This document shows positions 34,843-43,426 of a DNA stretch of 49,500 nucleotides, piece by piece. Made by a program: the position numbers and the translations under genes. Under the pieces are notes generated by a model. That model saw only the letters and a program-made list of their open reading frames with translations. It had not been told where the DNA came from and made no database searches. The first letter of the stretch is position 1. Each line of letters opens with the position of its first letter. Origin of the DNA: Candidatus Levyibacteriota bacterium (GTDB lineage: Bacteria; Patescibacteriota; Microgenomatia; Levybacterales; UBA12049); NCBI GenBank assembly GCA_016186645.1, contig JACPLF010000007.1, positions 75,151 through 124,650 on the forward strand. Reading direction: 5' to 3'.

Positions 34843-35733
34843 TTAGAACCAGGATTTTTTATTACCTTCTCCCTGAAATTCTTCGAGGAGTTCTTTTTGT
34901 TTTCCGGTTAAGTGTCTGGGGACTGTAACTTTTATTCTGACATAATGATCTCCGCGGCCTGATCCATGAAGATGAGGCACGCCTTTTCCTCTAAGTCTAA
35001 TCGCAGTACCCGGCTGGGTTCCGGAAGGAATTCTAAGTTTCAAATTTCCGTCAACTGTCTCAATATTTACTTCTCCTCCAAGTGCAGCTTGAACAAAAGA
35101 AATTTCTTTGACTCCGATAATATCATAACCTTCTCTTTGAAATCTTTTATCCTGATCAACTGAAACAACAATATCATAATCTCCGAAACGGATTCTTGAA
35201 CCTTCATCTACTCCTGCCGGAATTTTTATTGTTTGAGATTTGCCGTCAATATTAACTTTTTTTGTAGTGCCGTGGACTGCTTCAGGAAAATCCAAAGTTA
35301 GCGAGTAAGCTTGCCTTCTTTGTCTTCCAAATGGTGAGGCGCCGCCAAAAAACTGTTCGAATATTTCAAACGGGTCATTAAACCCTCCGAAATCAAAACC
35401 CGCTCCTCCATCTCCGCCTGTTGTATAAGTATAAGAAAAAGGCCCGCCCTGAGCGCCGCCAAAAGGTCCTCCTTGCCCTGGGCCGCCGAAGCCTCCGGCG
35501 GAGGCGCCTTCAAAAGCCGCATGACCATATTGATCGTAAGTTTGCTTTTTTTGCGGATCAGACAAAATTTCGTAGGCTTCAGTAACTTCCTTGAATTTGC
35601 CCTCAGCATCTTTGCCTTTATTTCGATCAGGATGATATTGCAAAGCAAGCTTTCTGTAAGCTTTTTTTATCTCATCCGCAGTTGCGGATTTCGTAACTCC
35701 CAATGTTTGATAGTAATCTTTCGTATCTGCCAT
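34843..35733 (-). CDS. dnaJ: DnaJ-family chaperone lacking the zinc finger (class B)
   Basis: J domain with HPD, G/F region, C-terminal domain; no CxxCxGxG. Confidence 0.9.
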   Translation of the reverse strand: MADTKDYYQTLGVTKSATADEIKKAYRKLALQYHPDRNKGKDAEGKFKEVTEAYEILSDPQKKQTYDQYGHAAFEGASAGGFGGPGQGGPFGGAQGGPFSYTYTTGGDGGAGFDFGGFNDPFEIFEQFFGGASPFGRQRRQAYSLTLDFPEAVHGTTKKVNIDGKSQTIKIPAGVDEGSRIRFGDYDIVVSVDQDKRFQREGYDIIGVKEISFVQAALGGEVNIETVDGNLKLRIPSGTQPGTAIRLRGKGVPHLHGSGRGDHYVRIKVTVPRHLTGKQKELLEEFQGEGNKKSWF

Positions 35734-35735
35734 AA

Positions 35736-36593
35736 TTATAAAATCACATTTATATTTGGCGAAATCAAATTATTCATAATCCAATTTCTTAACTTATTTT
35801 TTCTTTCTATTAAAACGCGTGCTGACGCGAGTGCCAACTCATGATACTGTTTTCTTCTAATTGGAATTTGTTCCTCTAATAAACGCGCTATGGATTTTGC
35901 TTCTAGATAAATCCTAGAATCTTTTATCGACTCTATCTTATCAATAAAACCTAATCCTTTCTTAATGTGTTTAAAGAAAATTTCATATCCGAAAAAATTA
36001 CGCTCACTACCACCAATAGTAAAAGTATTAGAAAGTTTTCCAATACTTACTTCGTCAAAATTTCCTGCTGGACAAAAAATAGTATTCCCAAAATCTATTC
36101 CATAGGCATCAACAAAGGCGCCTGAAGAACTCATGGTAATTGCGTAACTATTACCATAATTGTTTACTCCCCAATCATTATTTGCAAGCCATATATTAAA
36201 AACAAACTGCTCAGCAACAAAAGAATTATCTTCCCATCGAATAAATTCATTGTATAACACAGGACTAAGCATGCCTGTTGAAGTATCTACTGACCCTATG
36301 CCTACTTTTCCATCAAATACAACTGCAGCTGTAGGCGTAACATGCAATCCTAAGGAAGAAGCAATTCTATTATAAAGTAATTCTAAAAAGAGCTCGTTGG
36401 GTCCATCCTCAGGCTTCCATTGGATATCCACATGTCCATCATTCAGTATATGATGGCCTTTTGAAGACCTCGTGGGATGCTCTTTCGCTTTCCAACTTGA
36501 TACTTCTTGCTTATAAATGTGATGCGAGGATTCACTATCCCAATGTTCTTTTTGATAATAAGGCTGTGAAGACCATTTCTCTATATTTTCCAT
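35736..36593 (-). CDS. HipA-like / PI3-4-kinase-fold protein kinase
   Basis: Lys (WKP), [19 protein letters not shown]....GN, IDFG. Confidence 0.7.
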   Translation of the reverse strand: MENIEKWSSQPYYQKEHWDSESSHHIYKQEVSSWKAKEHPTRSSKGHHILNDGHVDIQWKPEDGPNELFLELLYNRIASSLGLHVTPTAAVVFDGKVGIGSVDTSTGMLSPVLYNEFIRWEDNSFVAEQFVFNIWLANNDWGVNNYGNSYAITMSSSGAFVDAYGIDFGNTIFCPAGNFDEVSIGKLSNTFTIGGSERNFFGYEIFFKHIKKGLGFIDKIESIKDSRIYLEAKSIARLLEEQIPIRRKQYHELALASARVLIERKNKLRNWIMNNLISPNINVIL

Positions 36594-36613
36594 AAAACCA
36601 ATTAGGCATATTT

Positions 36614-37045
36614 CTAGTTCTTAGAAGGGTTCGCCTGATTAATTTCTCTTTTCAATGCTGCAAATTTTGTTTCACCTATTTTCCTATCACTTTCATATAA
36701 AGACAGTTTATATTCTCCCGTTTGCTTGATAGGAAGATTAAAAAATCTATGTATAAGATTTCCCCTTCCATCATTGCTAAGCACTATATTTATCGGCGGA
36801 GCGTTCCCAATGATCTCTTCTCCTGACGGACCTATAATTTTAAGCTTAATGGTGTGCTGAGAGCTTCTTTGACCTAAAAATCCAACAACTAAAAACATTT
36901 CTGGATGGCTAGTGGGAAATTCACGAGCAAAAATAGTCTCAAATTTACCTACCAAGGAAAGTTTTCCACCCTCTGAAGTATAAGCATAATCACAAATCAT
37001 TAAAAATTCAGCTATTAAGCTTTCATTATTTTTATTGGATGGCAT
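36614..37045 (-). CDS. DUF6941-like beta-rich protein
   Basis: ICDYA....GKLSLVG.F.......FP pattern; start overlaps the dnaK stop (TAATG). Confidence 0.65.
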   Translation of the reverse strand: MPSNKNNESLIAEFLMICDYAYTSEGGKLSLVGKFETIFAREFPTSHPEMFLVVGFLGQRSSQHTIKLKIIGPSGEEIIGNAPPINIVLSNDGRGNLIHRFFNLPIKQTGEYKLSLYESDRKIGETKFAALKREINQANPSKN

Positions 37046-38967
37046 TAATTAACAACCTCACCTTCAACTGGTTCTTCCTTGTCTGATTTTTTGTCTTCAG
37101 GTTTTTCTTCAGCTTTCTGCTCATCATCTCCAGTTGTTTGTTGTGAGTTACCAGTTGTCTGTTGTCCAGCTGAGCTGGACTGTGACATTGCCTGTCCTAC
37201 TTTTTGCAAAGAGTCAGAAAGATCTTTTGTTTTTGCTTCCAAATCTTCCTTTGTTCCAGAATCCAAAATTGCTTTAAGATCTTTTATTTTTTCTTCAACT
37301 TCTTTTTTAAGATCTGGAGCAACTTTGTCTCCTGCATCTTTTAAGCTTTTCTCAGATGTAAAGATTAGGGAATCTGCCATGTTTCTTGACTCTATTTTTT
37401 CTTTCTTTTCAGAATCTTCCTTTGCATGTATTTCTGCTTCTTTTGTCATCCTTTCAATCTCATCTTTAGACAAACCTGTTGATCCTGTAATCTTAATGCC
37501 TTGCTCTTTCCCGCTTGCCTTGTCTTTGGCTTTAACATTTAGGATTCCGCTTGCATCAATATCAAAAGTAACCTCAACTTGCGGAACACCGCGGGGTGCA
37601 GGAGGAATCCCATCAAGAATAAACCGACCCAAACTTTTGTTGTCCATTGCCATTGGCCTTTCACCTTGAAGAACATTTATTTCAACTTGTGTTTGGTTAT
37701 CAGCAGCTGTAGAAAATACTTGAGATTTGGAACTTGGAATTGTTGTATTTTTAGATATCAAAGGAGTGGAAACTGCGCCTAATGTTTCAATTCCCAATGT
37801 AAGCGGAGTGACATCTAAAAGCAAAACGTCTTTGACTTCTCCGCCCAAAACTCCGCCCTGAACAGCAGCTCCAACTGCAACTACTTCGTCCGGATTAACT
37901 GATTTGTTAGGTTCTTTACCAAAGAATTTTGTAACAATTTCTATAATCTTTGGCATTCTGGTCATTCCTCCGACCAAAACTACCTCGTCAATATCAGATA
38001 CTTTTACTTTTGCATCTTTCAAAGCCTGTTCTACAGGCCCAAGCGTTTTCTGCACTAAAGAATCAACTATTTGCTCCATTTTTGCCCGAGTTAGGGACAT
38101 TGTTAAGTGCAAAGGACCGTTTTTGCCTTGAGTGATAAACGGCTGGTTAATTTCAGCTGAAGTTGAACTGGATAATTCGATTTTTGCTTTTTCTGCTGCT
38201 TCCCTAAGTCTTTGCAGAGCCTGAGAGTCTTTCCTCAAATCAACGTCCTGATCTTTTTGAAATTCTGTTGCAATATGGTCAATGATTAGTTGGTCGAAAT
38301 CGTCTCCTCCCAAATGCGTATCTCCATTTGTAGATTTAACTTCGTAAACTCCTTCTCCTAACTCCAGAACTGAAATATCAAAAGTTCCTCCGCCCAAATC
38401 ATAAATTGCAATTGTGTGGGCATTTTTCTTATCAAGTCCATAAGCCAATGCCGCAGCCGTTGGTTCATTTATAATTCTCAAAACTTCAAGTCCGGCAATT
38501 TCTCCAGCTTGTTTTGTTGCCTGTCTTTGGGAATCATCAAAATATGCGGGAACTGTAATGACTGCTTGTGTAACTTTTCCGCCCAAATAATTTTCTGCAT
38601 CAGCTTTTATTTTTTGCAGAATTTGAGCAGATATTTCCTGCGGAGTGAATGTTCGGCCTTCAACTTCAATAACTGCCATTCCATCGCGGCCTGATTTAAT
38701 AGCATATGGCAGCCATTTCATGTCAAACTGTACCGATTTATCGGTAAATTTGCGTCCCATTAATCTTTTTATGGAGAAAATAGTTTTCTTTGGCTTTAGA
38801 ACAATTTGGCGTTTTGCAACGTCTCCCACGACATGACTAATCGGATCAACAACCGATGGAATAACATTGCGTCCCTCTGCAGAATGAATTACTTTGGGAC
38901 TTCCTCCCTCCATTACTGCGACGCATGAATTTGTTGTACCTAAATCTATTCCAATTATCTTTCCCAT
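37045..38967 (-). CDS. dnaK: Chaperone DnaK (Hsp70)
   Basis: [30 protein letters not shown]. Confidence 0.98.
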   Translation of the reverse strand: MGKIIGIDLGTTNSCVAVMEGGSPKVIHSAEGRNVIPSVVDPISHVVGDVAKRQIVLKPKKTIFSIKRLMGRKFTDKSVQFDMKWLPYAIKSGRDGMAVIEVEGRTFTPQEISAQILQKIKADAENYLGGKVTQAVITVPAYFDDSQRQATKQAGEIAGLEVLRIINEPTAAALAYGLDKKNAHTIAIYDLGGGTFDISVLELGEGVYEVKSTNGDTHLGGDDFDQLIIDHIATEFQKDQDVDLRKDSQALQRLREAAEKAKIELSSSTSAEINQPFITQGKNGPLHLTMSLTRAKMEQIVDSLVQKTLGPVEQALKDAKVKVSDIDEVVLVGGMTRMPKIIEIVTKFFGKEPNKSVNPDEVVAVGAAVQGGVLGGEVKDVLLLDVTPLTLGIETLGAVSTPLISKNTTIPSSKSQVFSTAADNQTQVEINVLQGERPMAMDNKSLGRFILDGIPPAPRGVPQVEVTFDIDASGILNVKAKDKASGKEQGIKITGSTGLSKDEIERMTKEAEIHAKEDSEKKEKIESRNMADSLIFTSEKSLKDAGDKVAPDLKKEVEEKIKDLKAILDSGTKEDLEAKTKDLSDSLQKVGQAMSQSSSAGQQTTGNSQQTTGDDEQKAEEKPEDKKSDKEEPVEGEVVN

Positions 38968-38969
38968 AA

Positions 38970-39419
38970 TTATTTTCCTCCCCCGACTTTAACCTGAGCA
39001 GGTCTTAAAACTTTGTCGTATAACATATAGCCTGCTCGTGTTTCTTCAATCACTTTTCCATCTTCCCCTTCAACAGTTGCTATTCCCTCCATTAGATTTG
39101 GGTCAAAATCTGCACCCATTGTTTCAATTCCTACAACCCCTTCTTTTTTAAGTATATCTAAAAATTGCTGTATGCCAAGATCCGAACTTTGATCTTTCCT
39201 ATGTTTAGCAGTAAGCATTAGTGTATCTAAAACAGGTAAAATATTCAAGAGGAGTTGCTTGTTTGCTTTAAGTATCCATTCTCCTCTTTCCTGGCCTACT
39301 CTATTTTCTAAATTCCTATAATCTGCCAACGTGCGCTTGACCTGATTCTCCAATTCCTCTATTTTTTCTTTTAAAAGTACTCTTTCATCTTTTTTGACTT
39401 TTTTATCGTTCTTATCCAT
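38970..39419 (-). CDS. grpE: Nucleotide exchange factor GrpE
   Basis: [20 protein letters not shown]. Confidence 0.93.
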   Translation of the reverse strand: MDKNDKKVKKDERVLLKEKIEELENQVKRTLADYRNLENRVGQERGEWILKANKQLLLNILPVLDTLMLTAKHRKDQSSDLGIQQFLDILKKEGVVGIETMGADFDPNLMEGIATVEGEDGKVIEETRAGYMLYDKVLRPAQVKVGGGK

Positions 39420-39462
39420 ATTATCTAGCTTCTATCATCTATTTTCTATCTTCCGCGCCTAA

Positions 39463-40191
39463 TTACCATCCTTTTGCTATTTCTTCAATCAGGTCTCCAA
39501 AGTATCTGACTGTTGGAACAATCTGCGTATAATTAAGTCTTGATGGCCCCAAAACCCCAACTTCACCAGTTAATTGCATTGGAGTTTTGTAATGAGTGAA
39601 AACAAATCCATAAGGACCTTGCATATTTGGGCCTAATTCATCACCCAAAAGTACTTGAACATCTTCCGAAACTAAACTAGCAAAAAACTTACGGCAATCT
39701 TCAAATTCATCCATAGTTGAAAGCAAATTTTTCATAACATCAATGTCAAAAAATTCCGGCATGTCCAAAATATTTGCATATCCCGCACAATAAATATCTC
39801 CATCTGCAGTTGTAGCAATAGCGAGGGCTTTGGTTTTATTAGCCAAAGATTTTGTCAATGCTCTCAAAAACTTATCCTCTTTTTCTCGGTAATCCCAGAG
39901 ACTTTCTTTCACTGCTGTTTCTTCTGTAACTGAAAGATCTTTTTCCTTCATGAGCTGTTTTACATAAAATTTCATTCCAGAGGGAGTTGGCATGCGGCCC
40001 GCAGATGTATGGATTTTTTTAAGATACCCAAGTTTCGTGAGAGCTACCATTTCATTTCGGATAGTTGCAGGAGAAGCACTTAGGCTGTATTTTTTCTCCA
40101 AAGTTTCAGAGCCAACAGGCTCAGCTGTTTCAATATATTCTTCAATTAAAGCTTTCAAAATTTCAACTTGTCTTTGAGTTAAATCATGCAT
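39463..40191 (-). CDS. hrcA: Heat-inducible repressor HrcA, short form (start likely ATG 40191)
   Basis: LTQRQ..IL..LIEEY, PVGS, SPATIRNEM, HTSAGR.PT, GVLGP.RLNY. Confidence 0.93.
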   Translation of the reverse strand: MHDLTQRQVEILKALIEEYIETAEPVGSETLEKKYSLSASPATIRNEMVALTKLGYLKKIHTSAGRMPTPSGMKFYVKQLMKEKDLSVTEETAVKESLWDYREKEDKFLRALTKSLANKTKALAIATTADGDIYCAGYANILDMPEFFDIDVMKNLLSTMDEFEDCRKFFASLVSEDVQVLLGDELGPNMQGPYGFVFTHYKTPMQLTGEVGVLGPSRLNYTQIVPTVRYFGDLIEEIAKGW

Positions 40192-40274
40192 AGATTTTTT
40201 AAGACTTGCCACGTATATTCGCCCTTGCGACGCGAGGACGTAGACCTCGGGAGCAAGTAAGAGATTTATCGTGG

Positions 40275-40312
40275 TTAGCACTTAATATATCACGACTGCT
40301 AAAAGATGTCAA
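40275..40312 (-). promoter_or_regulatory. CIRCE-like operator overlapping the hrcA sigma70 promoter
   Basis: Minus strand TTAGCAGTC-N10-AAGTGCTAA (40275-40302); TTGACA-N17-TATATT (40312-40284). Confidence 0.75.
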
Positions 40313-40416
40313 GGGGTAACTGATTGCTGAAGTTACCCCGCAGATCCCGTCGAAGCCGCTCCGTGAGCCGTGTATGAATAATACTGAAAAGGCGAACGGT
40401 AAGGCTATACGGGATC
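40313..40416. other. GC-rich structured intergenic element (nested palindromes or ncRNA)
   Basis: GGGGTAAC/GTTACCCC hairpin, then nested stems GATCCCGT/ACGGGATC, AGCC/GGCT, CCGT/ACGG, GCC/GGC. Confidence 0.6.
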
Positions 40417-40443
40417 AAGAGGTAATTGTGCTAAACTTGAAAT

Positions 40444-40779
40444 ATGAACCGAAGAAAACGGCCATTTTGGCTCTTGGTCATTAGCCTTTTGTCTTTAGCC
40501 GGACTTTTATATCTAATTTTTTTTCTCTCTCCGTCTCACGAATTACAAATTACAAATTACCAATTACCAATTACCATCCCATTCTTTTTTATTCTCTTTT
40601 TCTTTCTTTTTTCTCTTATTTCTTATTTTCTGCGAAATGCTCGGCGGGCAGCGCTGATTGGGCTATTAATAATAACTTATTTTATCTTCCGCATACTACA
40701 TTTAAGCAGTCCTTATTTTCTTTTTCTTCTCATCGCTCTTTTCATAAGCCTCGAACTATTCTTCAAAAAACGCGCTTAG
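40444..40779 (+). CDS. Hypothetical 4-TM membrane protein containing a heptamer repeat
   Basis: Hydrophobic ORF; AATTAC(A/C) x5 at 40541-40575 encodes LQITNYQLPIT. Confidence 0.7.
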   Translation: MNRRKRPFWLLVISLLSLAGLLYLIFFLSPSHELQITNYQLPITIPFFFILFFFLFSLISYFLRNARRAALIGLLIITYFIFRILHLSSPYFLFLLIALFISLELFFKKRA

Positions 40780-40781
40780 CC

Positions 40782-40815
40782 TTCCCACCTTCCATGTGGG
40801 AACCGTAGGTGGGAA
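40782..40815. repeat. Inverted repeat downstream of the membrane protein gene
   Basis: TTCCCACCT ... AGGTGGGAA with an internal second GTGGGAA. Confidence 0.6.
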
Positions 40816-41052
40816 CTAGGTAAGAACTCAAGCCAATGCAAAACTTTTTTGAAACAAAACTACTTAAAACCATTTAAAACCATTTAGCGCAAACCTGAGC
40901 AAAAGATCACATTTAGACCCTCACAATTTGAGCAATTGCTAAATTTGTGATGATTTAGAACTTCACTTGAGCCTATCTATATGTTTATAAAACATTGAAG
41001 CTAACCTTTCCGCAAACTTGTTCGAATTCACGCTCTCTGATAGAATCAAAAC

Positions 41053-42489
41053 GTGAGCAAATTTTATATTACTACAGCCATTGATTACGTTAACGATACA
41101 ATTCATCTGGGCCATGCTTTTCAAAAAATAGCAACAGATGTTTTGGCCCGTTATTATCGAATAAGTCTTGGCAAAGATAATGTTTTTTTCTTAACAGGAA
41201 CTGATGAGTACGGACAAAAAGCGGAAAAAGCTGCTAAGCAACAAAATATTGCGACAAATGAATTTGTCAAAAAGATTTCAGATTCTGATCAAAAAGAGCA
41301 AGACTCTCTTAATATTTCTTACGATAGATTTATTAGAACAACAGACTCTGATCACGCAGAAGTTGTAAAAGAAATCTGGAACAAAGTAGAGAAAAATGGA
41401 GATGTATATTCCGGAGAATATGAGGGGTCATATTGTGAAGGATGCGAAGCTTATTACACAAAGGAGGATTTGATCAACAAAAAATGCCCTATTCATCCAA
41501 CCTTAACAATAAAAATAATTAAAGAAAAAAATTATTTTTTTAAATGGTCTAAATATAAAGATTTTTTAATTAATTATATTAGAAATAACCAAGATTTTAT
41601 TTTTCCAACACACCGAGCAAAAGAAATGCTCGAGTTTGCCAAGAATATTAAAGATATTCCGATTTCCCGAAGCAATTTCACCTGGGGAATTCCTGTTCCT
41701 AATGACCCAAAACAGGTTATTTATGTTTGGTTTGATGCTTTGGTTAATTATTTGACCGGTGTCGGATTTTTGAAAGATAAGAAATTATTTAACAAATTCT
41801 GGCCGGCAGATGTACATATTTTGGGTAAAGATAATCTTCGCTGGCACGCGCTTCTCTGGCCTGCAATGCTTAAGTCGGCAAATATTGAACTCCCAAAAAC
41901 AATTCTGGTTAATGGATTTCTAAATATAAACGGGCAAAAAATAAGTAAATCAGTTGGCAATGTTATTCGCCCAAGTGAATGGGTCAAAAAATACGGGGCA
42001 GACGCTGTTAGATATTATCTTTTGAGATACACAAACATAACTGAAGACAGCGATATATCTGAAGAAAAATTATTGCAAGCATATAATGCCGATTTAGCAA
42101 ACGGTCTGGGAAATCTCGTCTCCCGTGTTGCAAAACTTTGTGAAAATAGTAATTACGTGCAGATGGGATCTGAGGAAAGAACTTCGTCGCATCTCATAGA
42201 CATAGAGGAATATTCGAGTGCCTTTGCATCATTTAAATTTAATGACGCACTGTCTTTTATCTGGGGAAATATTACTGAATTGGATAAATTAATAAACGAA
42301 GAAAAACCTTGGGAACTTGCCAAACAGAATTCTCCAAAACTTAGGACTATTTTGGCTCATGCTGTTGATCAAATTCAAGAAATAGCAGTTCTACTTGAGC
42401 CTTTTCTTCCCAAAACAGCAGAGAAAATTGAAGAACAATTCCGCGGACCAAAAATCACCTCCCAAAAACCTCTTTTCCCACGAATATAA
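41053..42489 (+). CDS. metG: Methionine--tRNA ligase (short form)
   Basis: HLGH, TGTDEYG, YVWFDAL, GKD, KISKS. Confidence 0.96.
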   Translation: MSKFYITTAIDYVNDTIHLGHAFQKIATDVLARYYRISLGKDNVFFLTGTDEYGQKAEKAAKQQNIATNEFVKKISDSDQKEQDSLNISYDRFIRTTDSDHAEVVKEIWNKVEKNGDVYSGEYEGSYCEGCEAYYTKEDLINKKCPIHPTLTIKIIKEKNYFFKWSKYKDFLINYIRNNQDFIFPTHRAKEMLEFAKNIKDIPISRSNFTWGIPVPNDPKQVIYVWFDALVNYLTGVGFLKDKKLFNKFWPADVHILGKDNLRWHALLWPAMLKSANIELPKTILVNGFLNINGQKISKSVGNVIRPSEWVKKYGADAVRYYLLRYTNITEDSDISEEKLLQAYNADLANGLGNLVSRVAKLCENSNYVQMGSEERTSSHLIDIEEYSSAFASFKFNDALSFIWGNITELDKLINEEKPWELAKQNSPKLRTILAHAVDQIQEIAVLLEPFLPKTAEKIEEQFRGPKITSQKPLFPRI

Positions 42490-42493
42490 AATC

Positions 42494-42546
42494 AGTATTG
42501 ATGTTTATTGGTAGTATTTGTAGTATTGGTATTATTGGTAGTATTT
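42494..42546. repeat. Intergenic 9-mer tandem repeat (AGTATTGGT-like, about 6 copies)
   Basis: AGTATTGAT GTTTATTGGT AGTATTTGT AGTATTGGT ATTATTGGT AGTATT. Confidence 0.8.
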
Positions 42547-42550
42547 CTGT

Positions 42551-43426
42551 ATGATTGATGTGCATTGTCATTTGAATTTTCATGCTTTTGAAAAAGATTA
42601 TGATGAAGTTATTAAAAGTGCGTTGGAAGCTGGGGTTACGAAAATTATCAATGTTGGAACCAAAATTGATTCAAGCGAAAAAGCTATAGAGCTTGCAAAA
42701 AAATACGATAATTTGTATGCAATCGTAGGAGTTCATCCGCATCATGCAGATAAAATCCAAAACGAGAACGTCATTCTGGGGACTCAGAGCGAAGCGTGGA
42801 GGACTCCAGAATCTGATTCTGGACAAGCCAGAATGACAGCTACCAATTGGCTCAAACAATTAGAACAGGTAGCTAAAAAACCCAAAGTTGTGGCGATTGG
42901 TGAAATAGGAATGGATTATTTCTCCTACAGATCTAATGATATTGTTGATCCCAGACTCCAAAAAGACGTCTTTATTAAACAAATCGAGCTCGCACATAAA
43001 TTAAAACTTCCGCTTCAAATTCACAACCGTCAGGCTGGAAAAGATATAATTGATATACTCTTAAATCATAAATCTCATCTCTTAAATCCCCCCGGCATGT
43101 TCCACTGCTTCGCAGGATCTATTGATATATTGAAATCTGCTTTGCAGATGGGATTTTATGTAGGATTCGATGGGAATATAACCTATAATGGTTTGGCTCC
43201 GGGAGAAGATACAGACCTAAAAACGCTTGCAAAATACACACCTATAGATAGAATTCTTGTTGAGACAGATAGTCCTTTTTTGACCCCAGAACCCATGCGG
43301 GGTAGCAGAAACGTACCTTCATATGTTATAATTACGGGCAAGTTTATAGCAAGCCTAAAGGGGCTGACTTTTGCGGATTTTGAGGCTAAAACAACAGCAA
43401 ACGCAGTTAAGCTTTTTTCCCTATGA
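42551..43426 (+). CDS. tatD: TatD-family deoxyribonuclease
   Basis: IDVHCHL, GVHP, AIGEIGMD, HCF, ETDSPFL. Confidence 0.93.
   Translation: MIDVHCHLNFHAFEKDYDEVIKSALEAGVTKIINVGTKIDSSEKAIELAKKYDNLYAIVGVHPHHADKIQNENVILGTQSEAWRTPESDSGQARMTATNWLKQLEQVAKKPKVVAIGEIGMDYFSYRSNDIVDPRLQKDVFIKQIELAHKLKLPLQIHNRQAGKDIIDILLNHKSHLLNPPGMFHCFAGSIDILKSALQMGFYVGFDGNITYNGLAPGEDTDLKTLAKYTPIDRILVETDSPFLTPEPMRGSRNVPSYVIITGKFIASLKGLTFADFEAKTTANAVKLFSL
42770..42837. repeat. 68 bp MITE/REP-like element, in frame in tatD
   Basis: Terminal inverted repeats GTCATTCTGG/CCAGAATGAC; internal TCCAGAATC-T-GATTCTGGA. Confidence 0.88.

Noticed and set aside
37079-38836. Plus-strand ORFs opposite dnaK (and similar ones opposite pnp, ftsK and clp)
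   Set aside because: Typical antisense open frames of conserved genes
40192-40281. 30 aa N-terminal extension of HrcA
   Set aside because: The GTG lies within the operator, immediately after the -10 box; homology begins at MHDLTQRQ
40361-40400. GAGCCG...ACGG resembling group II intron domain V
   Set aside because: Stem lengths and bulge do not fit, and there is no domain VI, intron body or RT gene
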